Origin: an uncultured Pseudomonadota bacterium
Lineage (GTDB): Bacteria > SAR324 > NAC60-12
Direction of reading: 5' to 3'
Length of the DNA stretch: 37,323 bases
Assembly: GCA_913020725.1 (NCBI GenBank)
Contig: CAJWCD010000017.1
Location: 1 to 37,323, forward strand
The notes below the pieces were generated by a model, which worked only from the letters and a program-made list of their open reading frames with translations, ran no database searches and was not told the DNA's origin. Position 1 is the stretch's first letter. Each line of letters starts with the position of its first letter. Below, in pieces: positions 1 to 8,868 of the stretch. Position numbers and translations under genes: made by a program.

Positions 1-255
1 TTTCAAAGCATTTTTCTCCCTATTTCGCAGCAGTCCCGAAGTCCAAGTTTCCAGCGCTCCGGAGACCCAGACTCGGGATGATTGCCCCTGCGAAAGGCAA
101 ACCTACAGATTCAGTTGACCAAGAGTAGCGCTTCTTTTTCTCAGAGCGTCATTCAGACCACCTCCAGAATCTGGAAGCGGTCCGCATGGCGCGGACTGCC
201 GTCTCGTCTGCCCGACTCCGGAGAGGGTTCCCCGGAGTAAGACAGAGAGAAACAT

Positions 256-1719
256 TCACGCCAGCAGCGCCAGCACGCTGCTCGGCAGTTGGTTCGCCTG
301 CGTCAGCATCGCGGTCCCGGCTTGGGTCATGATCTGGTTGCGGGTAAACGCGGTCATTTCCGCCGCCATGTCTGTGTCGCGGAGCACCGACTCGGAGCTC
401 GTCAGTTCCTCGTTCGCGATGCGCAAGTAGTTGAGGTTGCTCTCCAGATTGTCCTTCTGGAAAGCCCCCAAGTCCCCACGCTGGATGGCCACCTGCTCGA
501 TCGCCCGATCAATCACCCGGATCGAGTCCGTTGCTCCTTGCAGCGAAGTCACGTCCACCTCGCTGAGCGAGTCGAATCCGGAGCCATTGAATACGGCACG
601 ACCGAGCTGATCTGGACGCATGGAGCGCACCGAGGTCGAGGTGGTCTGTCCATCGTTCGCGCCGATCTGGAAGGTCAGTGAATTCTGGCTGAACGTCAGT
701 GTGCCCGCGAAGTTACCCTCCGGCGCTTTTTCTCCGGAGTAGCGGATCGCCACGCCCTCCGAGGTAAATGCGCCCGGGCCTGCGGTGAGTTCCTGTCCAC
801 GCCCAGTGGCGTCCTCCCCGTTGATCTCTCCAGTGACATCCAGCCCGGTCTGGATCCAGTCGGAGACATCCCCCTTGGTCGAAAGGAGGCCTCCCGTCGT
901 GCTCGCCGCCGTGAAGCTGTGCTCGCTGCCGAACTGCTTGTGCCGCAGGTTAATCTGCAACGGCTGGCCGTTTGGGGTCGTGGCCGCGTCGGGACGCAAC
1001 AGGTCAACGTTGAGTCCTGCGTCTGAGATCGCCTTGCCGAGGTCGTTGAGTGTCTGTTCCACAGAACGCCCCGCCACGGTTTGGAAGTCGAGCGTGCGCC
1101 CGCCCTCGGTGATCGTGAGCTGCTCGCCTGCGTCAATGATCCCCTGATTGAGCGCCTTCGTGCCCCTCACCTCCGAGCGTGTCGACGCCTGCATGATCTC
1201 GACGCTGTAGCCGTTGATCCCTGAGGTCTTCGCCTCGTGCGTTGCGGTCACAAACTCCAAGTTCTTCCCGACCGTGACTCCGTTGCCGGCGGCGCTGCCG
1301 TCGAGCAGGTAGTTATTGCCAAACTGGGCCTGATTGGCCACGCGGTTGATCGTCGTCAGGATGTTGTCGACCTCCTGCTGGTCCGACTGCACCATGAAAG
1401 GGTCGTTTGCCCCCTCGTTGGCCGCATGGACCGCGAGTTGGCGGGCGTTGATGAGCGCCCGGCTCACCTCGTCCATCGAAGCCTCCGCCGTCTGCACCAT
1501 CGAGATCGCAGTCTCCGAGTTGCTGATCGCCTGTCGCAGTCCGGAGGTCTGTGCCCGCAGGCGCTCCGAAATCTGCAGGTTCGCCGGGGAGTCCGCTCCC
1601 CGATTGATCTTCATCCCCGAGCTGAGCCGTTCCATGGTTTTTGCTCCGGCCTCGTGGGTGTTCGTCAGGTTGCGATGTACGTTGAGCGCAACCGGGTTCG
1701 TGTTGATTCGCAGGGACAT
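256..1719 (-). CDS. fliC: Flagellin (copy 1, 487 aa)
   Basis: Flagellin N-terminus (MSLRINTN..ERLSSGMKINRGAD) and C-terminus (RDTDMAAEM..QANQLPSSVLALLA); AAAGGAG RBS upstream. Confidence 0.95.
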   Translation of the reverse strand: MSLRINTNPVALNVHRNLTNTHEAGAKTMERLSSGMKINRGADSPANLQISERLRAQTSGLRQAISNSETAISMVQTAEASMDEVSRALINARQLAVHAANEGANDPFMVQSDQQEVDNILTTINRVANQAQFGNNYLLDGSAAGNGVTVGKNLEFVTATHEAKTSGINGYSVEIMQASTRSEVRGTKALNQGIIDAGEQLTITEGGRTLDFQTVAGRSVEQTLNDLGKAISDAGLNVDLLRPDAATTPNGQPLQINLRHKQFGSEHSFTAASTTGGLLSTKGDVSDWIQTGLDVTGEINGEDATGRGQELTAGPGAFTSEGVAIRYSGEKAPEGNFAGTLTFSQNSLTFQIGANDGQTTSTSVRSMRPDQLGRAVFNGSGFDSLSEVDVTSLQGATDSIRVIDRAIEQVAIQRGDLGAFQKDNLESNLNYLRIANEELTSSESVLRDTDMAAEMTAFTRNQIMTQAGTAMLTQANQLPSSVLALLA

Positions 1720-1907
1720 GGGATTCTCCTTTCAATCAGTTTTTGCCGCCACAGTAATTGCGGCGAACTTAAAGACCGACTTCTTCACAGGTCGGTTCTG
1801 CCGGTCTGCCCTGCACTCGCAAAGCAGACCACTCCTGCACAGCAAAGAGGGTTTCACGTCCTCCCTCTCTGGGGTGCAGCCTCAAACTCCGGATTTGTCG
1901 ATATTTC

Positions 1908-1930
1908 TCAGAAAAATAAACTTTTCCTGA
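1908..1930. promoter_or_regulatory. 23-bp palindromic box upstream of flagellin 1
   Basis: TCAGAAAA-ATAAACT-TTTCCTGA; the same motif lies upstream of three other flagellins. Confidence 0.75.
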
Positions 1931-2536
1931 GAAAAAATCACCCACAGATGGGCTATCGCCTGTCCGGAGCAACGCCCCGGACACTCGGCAAATTTGGAGT
2001 CAGATTCGTTTGAGCAAGAGCCGACACTCAACCTTGAGTGCCCTCTGGGCCGCACCCGGCATCCGGACACGACTCACAGCACACTAGCACTGGCCTGCTC
2101 ACAGGAATCAACATCTGACCAAGAACACCACTCTGCTACTCCGAGCATCCTCCAGACCGTCTCCGGATACCTCCCAGAAAGGGTCTGCATGACCCCAGAC
2201 TCGCACACTCCCCACCGCTGTTCCGGAGAAGATTTCCCCACGATCCCCCTCCAGTTCCTGCCCCAGTAAGGGCCGGGGCAGGATCAGGGATGCTTCACCT
2301 CAGGAGGTTCAGCAGATGATTCAGTTGCTGGTTTCGACTCCGCTCAACCAGCGGGTTGTAAGGGCACCACCCGCAGACAGTGCGACCGTCTCAACCACAG
2401 CTAAAAGCCGGGCCCATGCGGGTATCTTCCAAGCGGCTGACCTTAAACGAACACGCTCAACAAACGTGATGGTCTCTTAACAAGCCGTCATCCCTGCGTA
2501 GGCGCAGGGGCATCAATCAAGCAATCACGCCCGTGC

Positions 2537-2586
2537 TCCCCCTTTCGCAAAGGAGGGAAGAAACGACGGATCGCTCCGCTGTTTTT
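2537..2586. repeat. ~50-bp dispersed repeat, copy A (palindromic core CCTTTCGCAAAGG)
   Basis: Shares the 13-bp core and the downstream ACGAC-N3-TCGCTCC-N-CTGTTTT with 4925-4971. Confidence 0.6.
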
Positions 2587-2736
2587 TACTATTCAAGAAC
2601 TCTAGGAAACAAGGGTGCCCCTCAAACAAGGGCCTCCCTAAATTTTCAACAGCCCTGATTCCGACAAGCGGGCAGGCGCTGAGTGCGGTGACGATAGATA
2701 ACACCGGGCTTCGTCCCGTCTCTCGTCTTGCGCACA

Positions 2737-2809
2737 CCCGCTTGGGGTGACGCTGATGAGAGCGGGGCGAAACCTCGTGCCACCGAGGTCAGATTCACTG
2801 ATGACAAGC
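2737..2809 (+). ncRNA. Hammerhead-ribozyme-like motif (type I topology), copy 1
   Basis: CUGAUGA (2753-2759), G..C 1-bp stem II, GAAA, stem III ACCUCG/CGAGGU, GUC triplet ending 2790. Stem I is imperfect. Loop II AGCGGG is complementary to upstream CCCGCU. Confidence 0.5.
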
Positions 2810-2872
2810 TTCGCTGCGACAGGCGCGGGCGATTCCAACAAAGCGGAGTCGCCAAGGCCACCCACCGGAGCA

Positions 2873-2902
2873 GGCGGATGCGCTGCGCTGCATCCGCCCT
2901 AC
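2873..2902 (-). repeat. GTAG-type REP-like hairpin (second copy 3209-3238)
   Basis: Minus strand GTAGGGCGGATGCAGCGCAGCGCATCCGCC; the second copy lies just downstream of the flagellin 2 stop. Confidence 0.6.
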
Positions 2903-3072
2903 CACCTACCAAAACGCTTAACCCAAGAGCTGAAGCACACTCTGGGACAGCATGTTGGCCTGCGCCATCATTCCTAAATTTTCAACAGCCCTGATTCCGA
3001 CAAGCGGGCAGGCGCTGAGTGCGGTGACGATAGATAACACCGGGCTTCGTCCCGTCTCTCGTCTTGCGCACA

Positions 3073-3145
3073 CCCGCTTGGGGTGACGCTGATGAGAGCG
3101 GGGCGAAACCTCGTGCCACCGAGGTCAGATTCACTGATGACAAGC
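3073..3145 (+). ncRNA. Hammerhead-ribozyme-like motif, copy 2
   Basis: Same sequence as 2737-2809; predicted cleavage after 3126. Confidence 0.5.
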
Positions 3146-3253
3146 TTCGCTGCGACAGGCGCGGGCGATTCCAACAAAGCGGAGTCGCCAAGGCCACCCA
3201 CCGGAGCAGGCGGATGCGCTGCGCTGCATCCGCCCTACCACCTACCAAAACGC

Positions 3254-4717
3254 TTAACCCAAGAGCTGAAGCACACTCTGGGACAGCATGTTGGCCTGCG
3301 CCATCATTGCAGTGGAGGACTCCACCATGATCTGGTTGCGCGTGAAGGCCATCATTTCCTCCGCCATGTCCGCATCGCGGATCACAGACTCAGAACCCAT
3401 GACCTCTTGATGTGCAATGCGCAAGTAGTTGAGGTTGCTCTCCAAGTTGTTCTTCTGGAAGGCTCCCAACTCCCCGCGCTGGACGGCGACATCCTCAATC
3501 GCCTTGTCAATCACCCGGATGGCATCCTCAGCGCCCGGGGCCGTGGTCACATCAATCGTGCTGAACGAGGCGAATCCAGAGTCGTTGGCGACTCCGATTC
3601 CCAGTTTGTCGGCTTGCATACTGCGCAGCGAAAACGCCGAGGTCTGCCCAGCGTTTGCGCCCACATGGAAGATCAGCGCATTCTGCGCGAAGGTCACGGT
3701 TCCAGCGAAGCCTCCTTCTGGTGCTTGCTCGCCGGTGTAGCGCAGTTGAATGCCCTCCACCGCAGAGGCTCCAGGGCCTCCCGTGAGCACCTGCCCCAGC
3801 CCGGTGGCCGCCTCGCCATTGACCTCACCCCCGACGTTCACCCCGGTCTGAATCCAGTCGGAGATGTCGCCCTTTTGTGAGAGGACACCCGATGTGGTAC
3901 TCGCCACAGTGAAGTTCAGCTCACTGCCAAACTCCTTGTGCCGCAGCCGAATGAACTGCGTGGCATCGTTGTCCGTCACCGTCGGATCCGGACGCAAGAG
4001 GTCGAGGCTCAACCCCGCCTCCTTAATCGCCTTGCCAAGGTCGTTGAGCGTCTGCTCCACCGAGTGCCCGGCCTGCGTCTCAAAGTTGAGGGTGCGGCCC
4101 CCTTCCGTGATTGTGAGTTGCTCGCCCTCGTCAATGATGTTCTGCGTGAGTGCTTTCATCCCGACGTGCTCTGAGCGGGTCGCGGCTTGCGTGATCTTGA
4201 TGTCATAGCCGCTCACCCCGGAAGTCTGCGCCTCGTGGGTGGCGGTCAGGAACTCCAAGTTGGCACCCTGAGTGATCCCGTTGCCCGCGCGGCTACCGTC
4301 GAGCAGGCTGTTGTTCCCGTAGGACGTGTAGCTCGCAATGCGGTTGACTTCCTCGACGATGTTGTCCAACTCCCGTTGGTCCGCCTGCAACATGAACTCG
4401 TCGTTGGTGGCCTCGTTGGCCGCGTGGACCGCAAGCTGCCGGGCGTTGATAAGCGTGCGGCTCACCTCGTCCAGCGCCGCCTCGGCGGTCTGCACCAGTG
4501 AGACACCCATTTCCGAGTTGTCGATCGCCTGCTTCAAGCCTGCGGACTGTGCCCGCAAACGCTCGGAAATCTGCAAGTTCGCCGGAGCGTCGGCTCCGCG
4601 ATTGATCTTGAGTCCCGAACTGAGGCGCTCAAGCGTCTTCTCTTGAGTCCGATGATTGTTCGCCATCTGACGATGCACCCCGTAGCTCGGGGAGTTTGTT
4701 TTGATTCTTAAGGTCAT
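3254..4717 (-). CDS. fliC: Flagellin (copy 2, 487 aa)
   Basis: Start re-assigned to MTLRIKTN (ATG 4717, ACAGGAG RBS). Conserved flagellin termini; central domain clearly homologous to copy 1. Confidence 0.95.
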   Translation of the reverse strand: MTLRIKTNSPSYGVHRQMANNHRTQEKTLERLSSGLKINRGADAPANLQISERLRAQSAGLKQAIDNSEMGVSLVQTAEAALDEVSRTLINARQLAVHAANEATNDEFMLQADQRELDNIVEEVNRIASYTSYGNNSLLDGSRAGNGITQGANLEFLTATHEAQTSGVSGYDIKITQAATRSEHVGMKALTQNIIDEGEQLTITEGGRTLNFETQAGHSVEQTLNDLGKAIKEAGLSLDLLRPDPTVTDNDATQFIRLRHKEFGSELNFTVASTTSGVLSQKGDISDWIQTGVNVGGEVNGEAATGLGQVLTGGPGASAVEGIQLRYTGEQAPEGGFAGTVTFAQNALIFHVGANAGQTSAFSLRSMQADKLGIGVANDSGFASFSTIDVTTAPGAEDAIRVIDKAIEDVAVQRGELGAFQKNNLESNLNYLRIAHQEVMGSESVIRDADMAEEMMAFTRNQIMVESSTAMMAQANMLSQSVLQLLG

Positions 4718-4723
4718 TGCGAT

Positions 4724-4791
4724 CTCCTGTTCGCTAGATTCATCCCTGATTTTTTCGCCACTCCATGTGACTCTTGATGCATCCATGCATC
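4724..4791 (-). promoter_or_regulatory. Cluster of CsrA/RsmA-type ANGGA hairpin sites in the flagellin 2 leader
   Basis: mRNA reads GAUGC-AUGGAU-GCAUC, GUCAC-AUGGA-GUGGC, UC-AGGGAU-GA, then an SD ACAGGAG: GGA motifs exposed in hairpin loops. Confidence 0.65.
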
Positions 4792-4924
4792 CCACCGTCT
4801 TGCGACGGGAAGGTCCGCCTCCCTCAAGGCGAAACACTTCCAAGCAGGCAGGATTCCTCTGCCCGCTGGGAAATTTTCCAGCTTGGGAAATGACCTTTAA
4901 CTAGGGTGAATTTTGGCGAAGGGA

Positions 4925-4971
4925 TCCCTCCTTTCGCAAAGGGAGAGCACGACTTGTCGCTCCCCTGTTTT
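4925..4971. repeat. ~50-bp dispersed repeat, copy B
   Basis: Homologous to 2537-2586. Confidence 0.6.
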
Positions 4972-5587
4972 GCCTATCCAAAATTCACGTTAAATAATAT
5001 TTTCCAGACAGTTTTTCAAACAAGTCTCCGCTGCACACGATCCTGTGCTGGGATGGACTTTCAGCCCTTTGCCCTAGGATTCATCCTCTCACGAGGCGTT
5101 GCCCCATGCTGGCTCATCCCGACCTTTGGACCTCAAACAAACAGGTCCAACACATGCGTTGCTCCGGGAGTCCTCCCCGGAAGTACCCGGACCATCTTGG
5201 TCTCGGTTTCACAGGTTCACGCTAGGCAGAGCAGTGTTCTCGATTCCACTTCATGCTGACGTGGAATTCCGGAACTCTGCTTGCTGAGTGCTTGCTCTCT
5301 AAACTGTCGAAGAACATGACCACGCACCTTGCTTGCCTCAGCAGGCAGATGCGCGACGCGGGCAACACCCGCTGCTCAGGAAATAACCTTGCTTGCCCGG
5401 CTGCTGCCGAACTTTGCTTGGGCCATCACCCTGAGCGCTGCTGCCTTGTGACAGCAGCGCTCACCATGATAGTTTTTCGTTTCCACTCTCGCTGACTCCT
5501 CCAGCATCCCCGTCAAGTCCGTCCATGGTCCTGACAGGGTAGCGTCGTCGTCATCAAATGCCCCGTAGGGCTCCAAAACCCCAGTGG

Positions 5588-7045
5588 TCAGGACTGCAAT
5601 AGTGACATCACTGACATTGGGGTCTGGTTCGCTTGGGCCAGCATCGCTGTACTGGAGCTGACCATGATCTGATTGCGCGTGAACGCGGACATCTCCTCCG
5701 CCATGTCCGCGTCACGGATCACGGATTCGGCGTTGCTGATCTCCTCGTGCGCCTGCCGCAGGAAATGGAGGTTACTTTCGAGGGTGTTCTTCTGAAACGC
5801 CCCCATGTCCCCCCGAAAGACGGACAGTTCTTCGATGGCCCGGTCCACAATCCGCATCGTGTCCTCGGCACCCCGCTGGGTGGTCACGTCAATGTCGTGG
5901 AGCGACCCGTAGTCGGAGCCGTTGTCCACCCCCTGCCCCAGTCTGTGGGTGCTGATCGCCCGTAGAGAGAACCGGACATTGTGGTCGGCATCCGGTCCAA
6001 TCTGAAAGTGTTGCGAGCCTTGGGCGAAAGTCACCGTCCCGACAAACCCGCCCTCTGGAATCTCCTCGCTACTGTAGCGTAGTTTCATTCCGGAAATCTT
6101 GGTGGGGGCCGCTCCGGTGAGCACTTGCCCCCGGCCAAAGGCCTCCTCGCCCCCGACCGTCCCGGCGATGTCCTCGCCGTTGTTGATCGTGTCATAGATG
6201 TCAGCCTTCGTGGACAGCAACCCCGAGGTGGTGCTTGCGACTTCAAACTGAAACTCGCTGCCGTACTTCTTGTGCCGAATGTTGAGGAACTGCGGTTCGT
6301 CTGGACTCATGGCCGCCCCCTCCGGCTTGATCAGCTCAAGGTTCAAGCCCGACTGACGGATGGCCTTGTCCAACTTGTTGAGGGTGGTCTCGACCGAATC
6401 CCCCGCCGTCGTCTTAAAGTTGAGGGTTTTCCCGCCCTCCAGCAGAGTGATCTGCTCTTCGGAGTCAACCATGTTGCGCGTGAGTGCCTTTCCTCCGAAG
6501 AGCTCCGAGCGTGCCGCCGCCCGCTTGATGAGCACCTCGTAGCCTCCAAGCGGGGAGGTGTCCGCGAGTTCTGTCGCACTGATGAACTCCAAGTTCGCTC
6601 CGGTGGTGACACCGTTGGCACCCATGCTGCCATCGAGCAGCGCCTTCTTCCCATAGTTGGCAGTGCGAGCGATCCGGTCAACCTGAGCGAGCACATGGTC
6701 AATCTCCTGCTGGTCAGCCTGAAGCATGAACTCGTCGTTGACGGCTTCGTTGGCCGCATGGACCGCCAGTTCCCGGATATGGATCAGTGAACGGTTGGCC
6801 TCGCTGAGCGCCCCTTCTGCAGTTTGTAGCACAGTGACTCCTGCCTCGTTGTTGTCAATTGCCTGTTTCAGGCTGGCTTGCTGGGTGCGGAGCCGCTCGG
6901 AGATGATGAGCTGCGCCGGGCCGTCCGCTCCCCGGTTGATCTTCAACCCGGAAGATAACCTCTCTAGGTTCTTCGCTTGGGCTTGGGTGTTTGTCACCAA
7001 GTGACGCCGTGTGTTCAGCGCACTGATGTTGTGGTTGATTCGCAT
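5588..7045 (-). CDS. fliC: Flagellin (copy 3, 485 aa)
   Basis: MRINHNISALN..ERLSSGLKINRGAD; C-terminal RDADMAEEM..AQANQTP. Confidence 0.95.
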   Translation of the reverse strand: MRINHNISALNTRRHLVTNTQAQAKNLERLSSGLKINRGADGPAQLIISERLRTQQASLKQAIDNNEAGVTVLQTAEGALSEANRSLIHIRELAVHAANEAVNDEFMLQADQQEIDHVLAQVDRIARTANYGKKALLDGSMGANGVTTGANLEFISATELADTSPLGGYEVLIKRAAARSELFGGKALTRNMVDSEEQITLLEGGKTLNFKTTAGDSVETTLNKLDKAIRQSGLNLELIKPEGAAMSPDEPQFLNIRHKKYGSEFQFEVASTTSGLLSTKADIYDTINNGEDIAGTVGGEEAFGRGQVLTGAAPTKISGMKLRYSSEEIPEGGFVGTVTFAQGSQHFQIGPDADHNVRFSLRAISTHRLGQGVDNGSDYGSLHDIDVTTQRGAEDTMRIVDRAIEELSVFRGDMGAFQKNTLESNLHFLRQAHEEISNAESVIRDADMAEEMSAFTRNQIMVSSSTAMLAQANQTPMSVMSLLQS

Positions 7046-7200
7046 GGAACCCCTTCTTTACAGCATTTGAATAACGATTTTTCCTTCACTGATAAGCAAC
7101 GCCTCCATGCGTTCCCCTCCATGCTCCTCGCATCCAGCTTGGAGCATGAATTTTCGCTAAGTCTCTGTCTCTCGACCCTTCAACTTTGGCGAATGTACTT

Positions 7201-7223
7201 TCAGAAATAACTCAGATTTCTGA
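7201..7223. promoter_or_regulatory. 23-bp palindromic box upstream of flagellin 3
   Basis: TCAGAAAT-AACTCAG-ATTTCTGA (perfect 8-bp inverted arms). Confidence 0.75.
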
Positions 7224-7270
7224 CAAATATGCTCTCAACCCGTGGTCATGCGACCCCGGGTTTGCCTGCT

Positions 7271-8710
7271 TTACTTCAGCAGGCTCAGCACCGCTTGCGG
7301 CTGCTGATTTGCTTGCGCCACAACCGACTCCCGGGTCTTGGCAATGATTTGCCCCCGGGTGTACTCTGCAACCGCATGGGCTTGTTCGGAACCCTCAATA
7401 ACCACCCCGTCCTGGTTCAGTTGGGCGTGTTCGTGCTTGAGTTTCCGGATGGTCTCGCGAAGCGTCTGCTGACCCAACTCGTCCAGCCGTTCCTTGATGC
7501 TACCTAGTTCGCTCAGTGCTCCTTCGAGAATGGCCTCGGTGTCTCGCGCCCCTTGGATGGTGCGCAGATGCACATCCTCCAGACTCTGGAATCCCGACGG
7601 ATTGGGAACATCGCGCCCCAAGTCGTGAACCCGGAAACTCCGCAGGCTCAGCTTTGGAGCCGCTGACAACAAACCTCCACCAAGGTGGAGCGGGATGGCG
7701 TTCTGGAGAACAGAGACCGTCCCTGCTTTCTTGAGCGTCAAATCCTCTGTGGCTCCCGTGTAGCACAAAGCCAAGCCCGCAATCAGCGGTGATCCTGAGT
7801 GGCCCCGCAAGATTTGCCCGCGTCCTTCGCAAGGCTCCCCGTTGATGCGCCCCTGCACATCCCTACCGGGCCGTGCGCTGTTCCATTCCAAACTCCTCGG
7901 CGAAAGCACCCCCGGAGTTGTGCTGGCCACTGCAAATTTGTGGCTGCTGCCGTAGCGTAGGTGTTGCAAGCTCAAACGCTCACCTGTCACCAGAGTCGCT
8001 TCCAAAGGCAACTCCTGTTCCCGGAGTGCCTGCTGCAACTCGGCAAGCAACACCTGCGGCGGTTTACCCCGGATGGCCTGGAAGCGCACTTCGGCGTTGC
8101 CCTCGCGGACCCAAAGTTGCTCGCCCCGGTCAATCAAGTCCTGAGTGAGCGGGCGCGTCCCGACAATTTGCGCGGGGAGGGCGGCTTCGTGGATTTCCAC
8201 GCTGTAACCCTCGATCGGTGACGAGGGGATGTCCCCCTCGACTCCAAGAAACTCCAGATGCTCGCCAGCAACCATGCCCTGCACTGCGTGGCTACCATCG
8301 AGCAGCAACTGCGACCGAAACCGGGTCGCGGTTGCCAAGGTCTCGATCAGTCCGAGGGAGTGTTCCAATTCCTGCTGGTCGGCTTCGCGCAGGGCCGTGT
8401 TATGTTCGGCTCCATTCGCGGCCTGTCCGGACAACTCCCGAAGTTCCAGCAGCATGTCCTCCAGCCGTCCCAATGCCGACTCCACGGTCTGCACAAGGGA
8501 GAGGTCGGATTCCACTTCGATGATCTCTTGGGTCAGCGCAACGGCTTCCCGACGACGGTGTTCCGTCATCCTCAGCACCACTGGTCCCGTCGGAGTGACC
8601 TCCGGACGCAGTTGCAGTGCTGGTTTTGGCTCACCTCCCGGTTCTCGTTGAGGTGGTTGCTGATACGAGGCTTGTCCGCTCATGGCGTCGAAGCCGCTCT
8701 TTACATCCAT
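7271..8710 (-). CDS. Divergent flagellin-like protein (copy 4) lacking the conserved N-terminal D0 segment
   Basis: D1 motif (SLVQTVESALGRLEDML..ELSGQAAN), shared central domain and C-terminal AQANQQPQAVLSLLK are present; the N-terminus is a Pro/Gln-rich non-flagellin sequence. Start uncertain (ATG 8710 chosen). Confidence 0.85.
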   Translation of the reverse strand: MDVKSGFDAMSGQASYQQPPQREPGGEPKPALQLRPEVTPTGPVVLRMTEHRRREAVALTQEIIEVESDLSLVQTVESALGRLEDMLLELRELSGQAANGAEHNTALREADQQELEHSLGLIETLATATRFRSQLLLDGSHAVQGMVAGEHLEFLGVEGDIPSSPIEGYSVEIHEAALPAQIVGTRPLTQDLIDRGEQLWVREGNAEVRFQAIRGKPPQVLLAELQQALREQELPLEATLVTGERLSLQHLRYGSSHKFAVASTTPGVLSPRSLEWNSARPGRDVQGRINGEPCEGRGQILRGHSGSPLIAGLALCYTGATEDLTLKKAGTVSVLQNAIPLHLGGGLLSAAPKLSLRSFRVHDLGRDVPNPSGFQSLEDVHLRTIQGARDTEAILEGALSELGSIKERLDELGQQTLRETIRKLKHEHAQLNQDGVVIEGSEQAHAVAEYTRGQIIAKTRESVVAQANQQPQAVLSLLK

Positions 8711-8845
8711 AGGACCCTCGTTGTTATTCCTTTGAGTGGTTGGTGTAGAGGGATTGGCATCCTCCGAACTCCACACTGCTCCGGCACCGAATTCGGCACC
8801 GCCACCATGGGGTCGTTTCCCAGCCTGAAATCAGACTGAACGTTT

Positions 8846-8868
8846 TCAGGAATAATTATTTTTCCTGA
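8846..8868. promoter_or_regulatory. 23-bp palindromic box upstream of flagellin-like 4
   Basis: TCAGGAAT-AATTATT-TTTCCTGA. Confidence 0.75.

Larger units (their letters stand above)
2637..3308. repeat. 336-bp tandem duplication (2637-2972 / 2973-3308) including the last 55 nt of flagellin 2
   Basis: The two copies read identical by eye, and the ORF track gives identical translations offset by 336. Confidence 0.95.

Noticed and set aside
84..120. AAAGGCAAACC resembling the start of a c-di-GMP-I riboswitch
   Set aside because: The following GNRA hairpin and GACGCAAA/P2 elements are absent.
170..240. Hairpins downstream of flagellin 1 as an intrinsic terminator
   Set aside because: Stems are present (e.g. 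CTCCGG..CCGGAG) but there is no convincing U-tract directly after them.
2327..2352. GCTGGTT-TCGACTCCGCTC-AACCAGC hairpin
   Set aside because: Looks like a single generic REP-type element; no second copy in the window.
2639..2667. TAAA..TCCGACAA as a + strand sigma28 promoter for the hammerhead unit
   Set aside because: The spacer is 17 rather than 15 and the -10 has two mismatches.
2798..2825. Second CUGAUGA as another hammerhead core
   Set aside because: Followed by CGACA rather than GAAA, and there is no room for stem I.
2638..3330. Duplicated 75-88 aa ORFs in the tandem repeat
   Set aside because: They run through palindromic non-coding sequence; no RBS or family resemblance.
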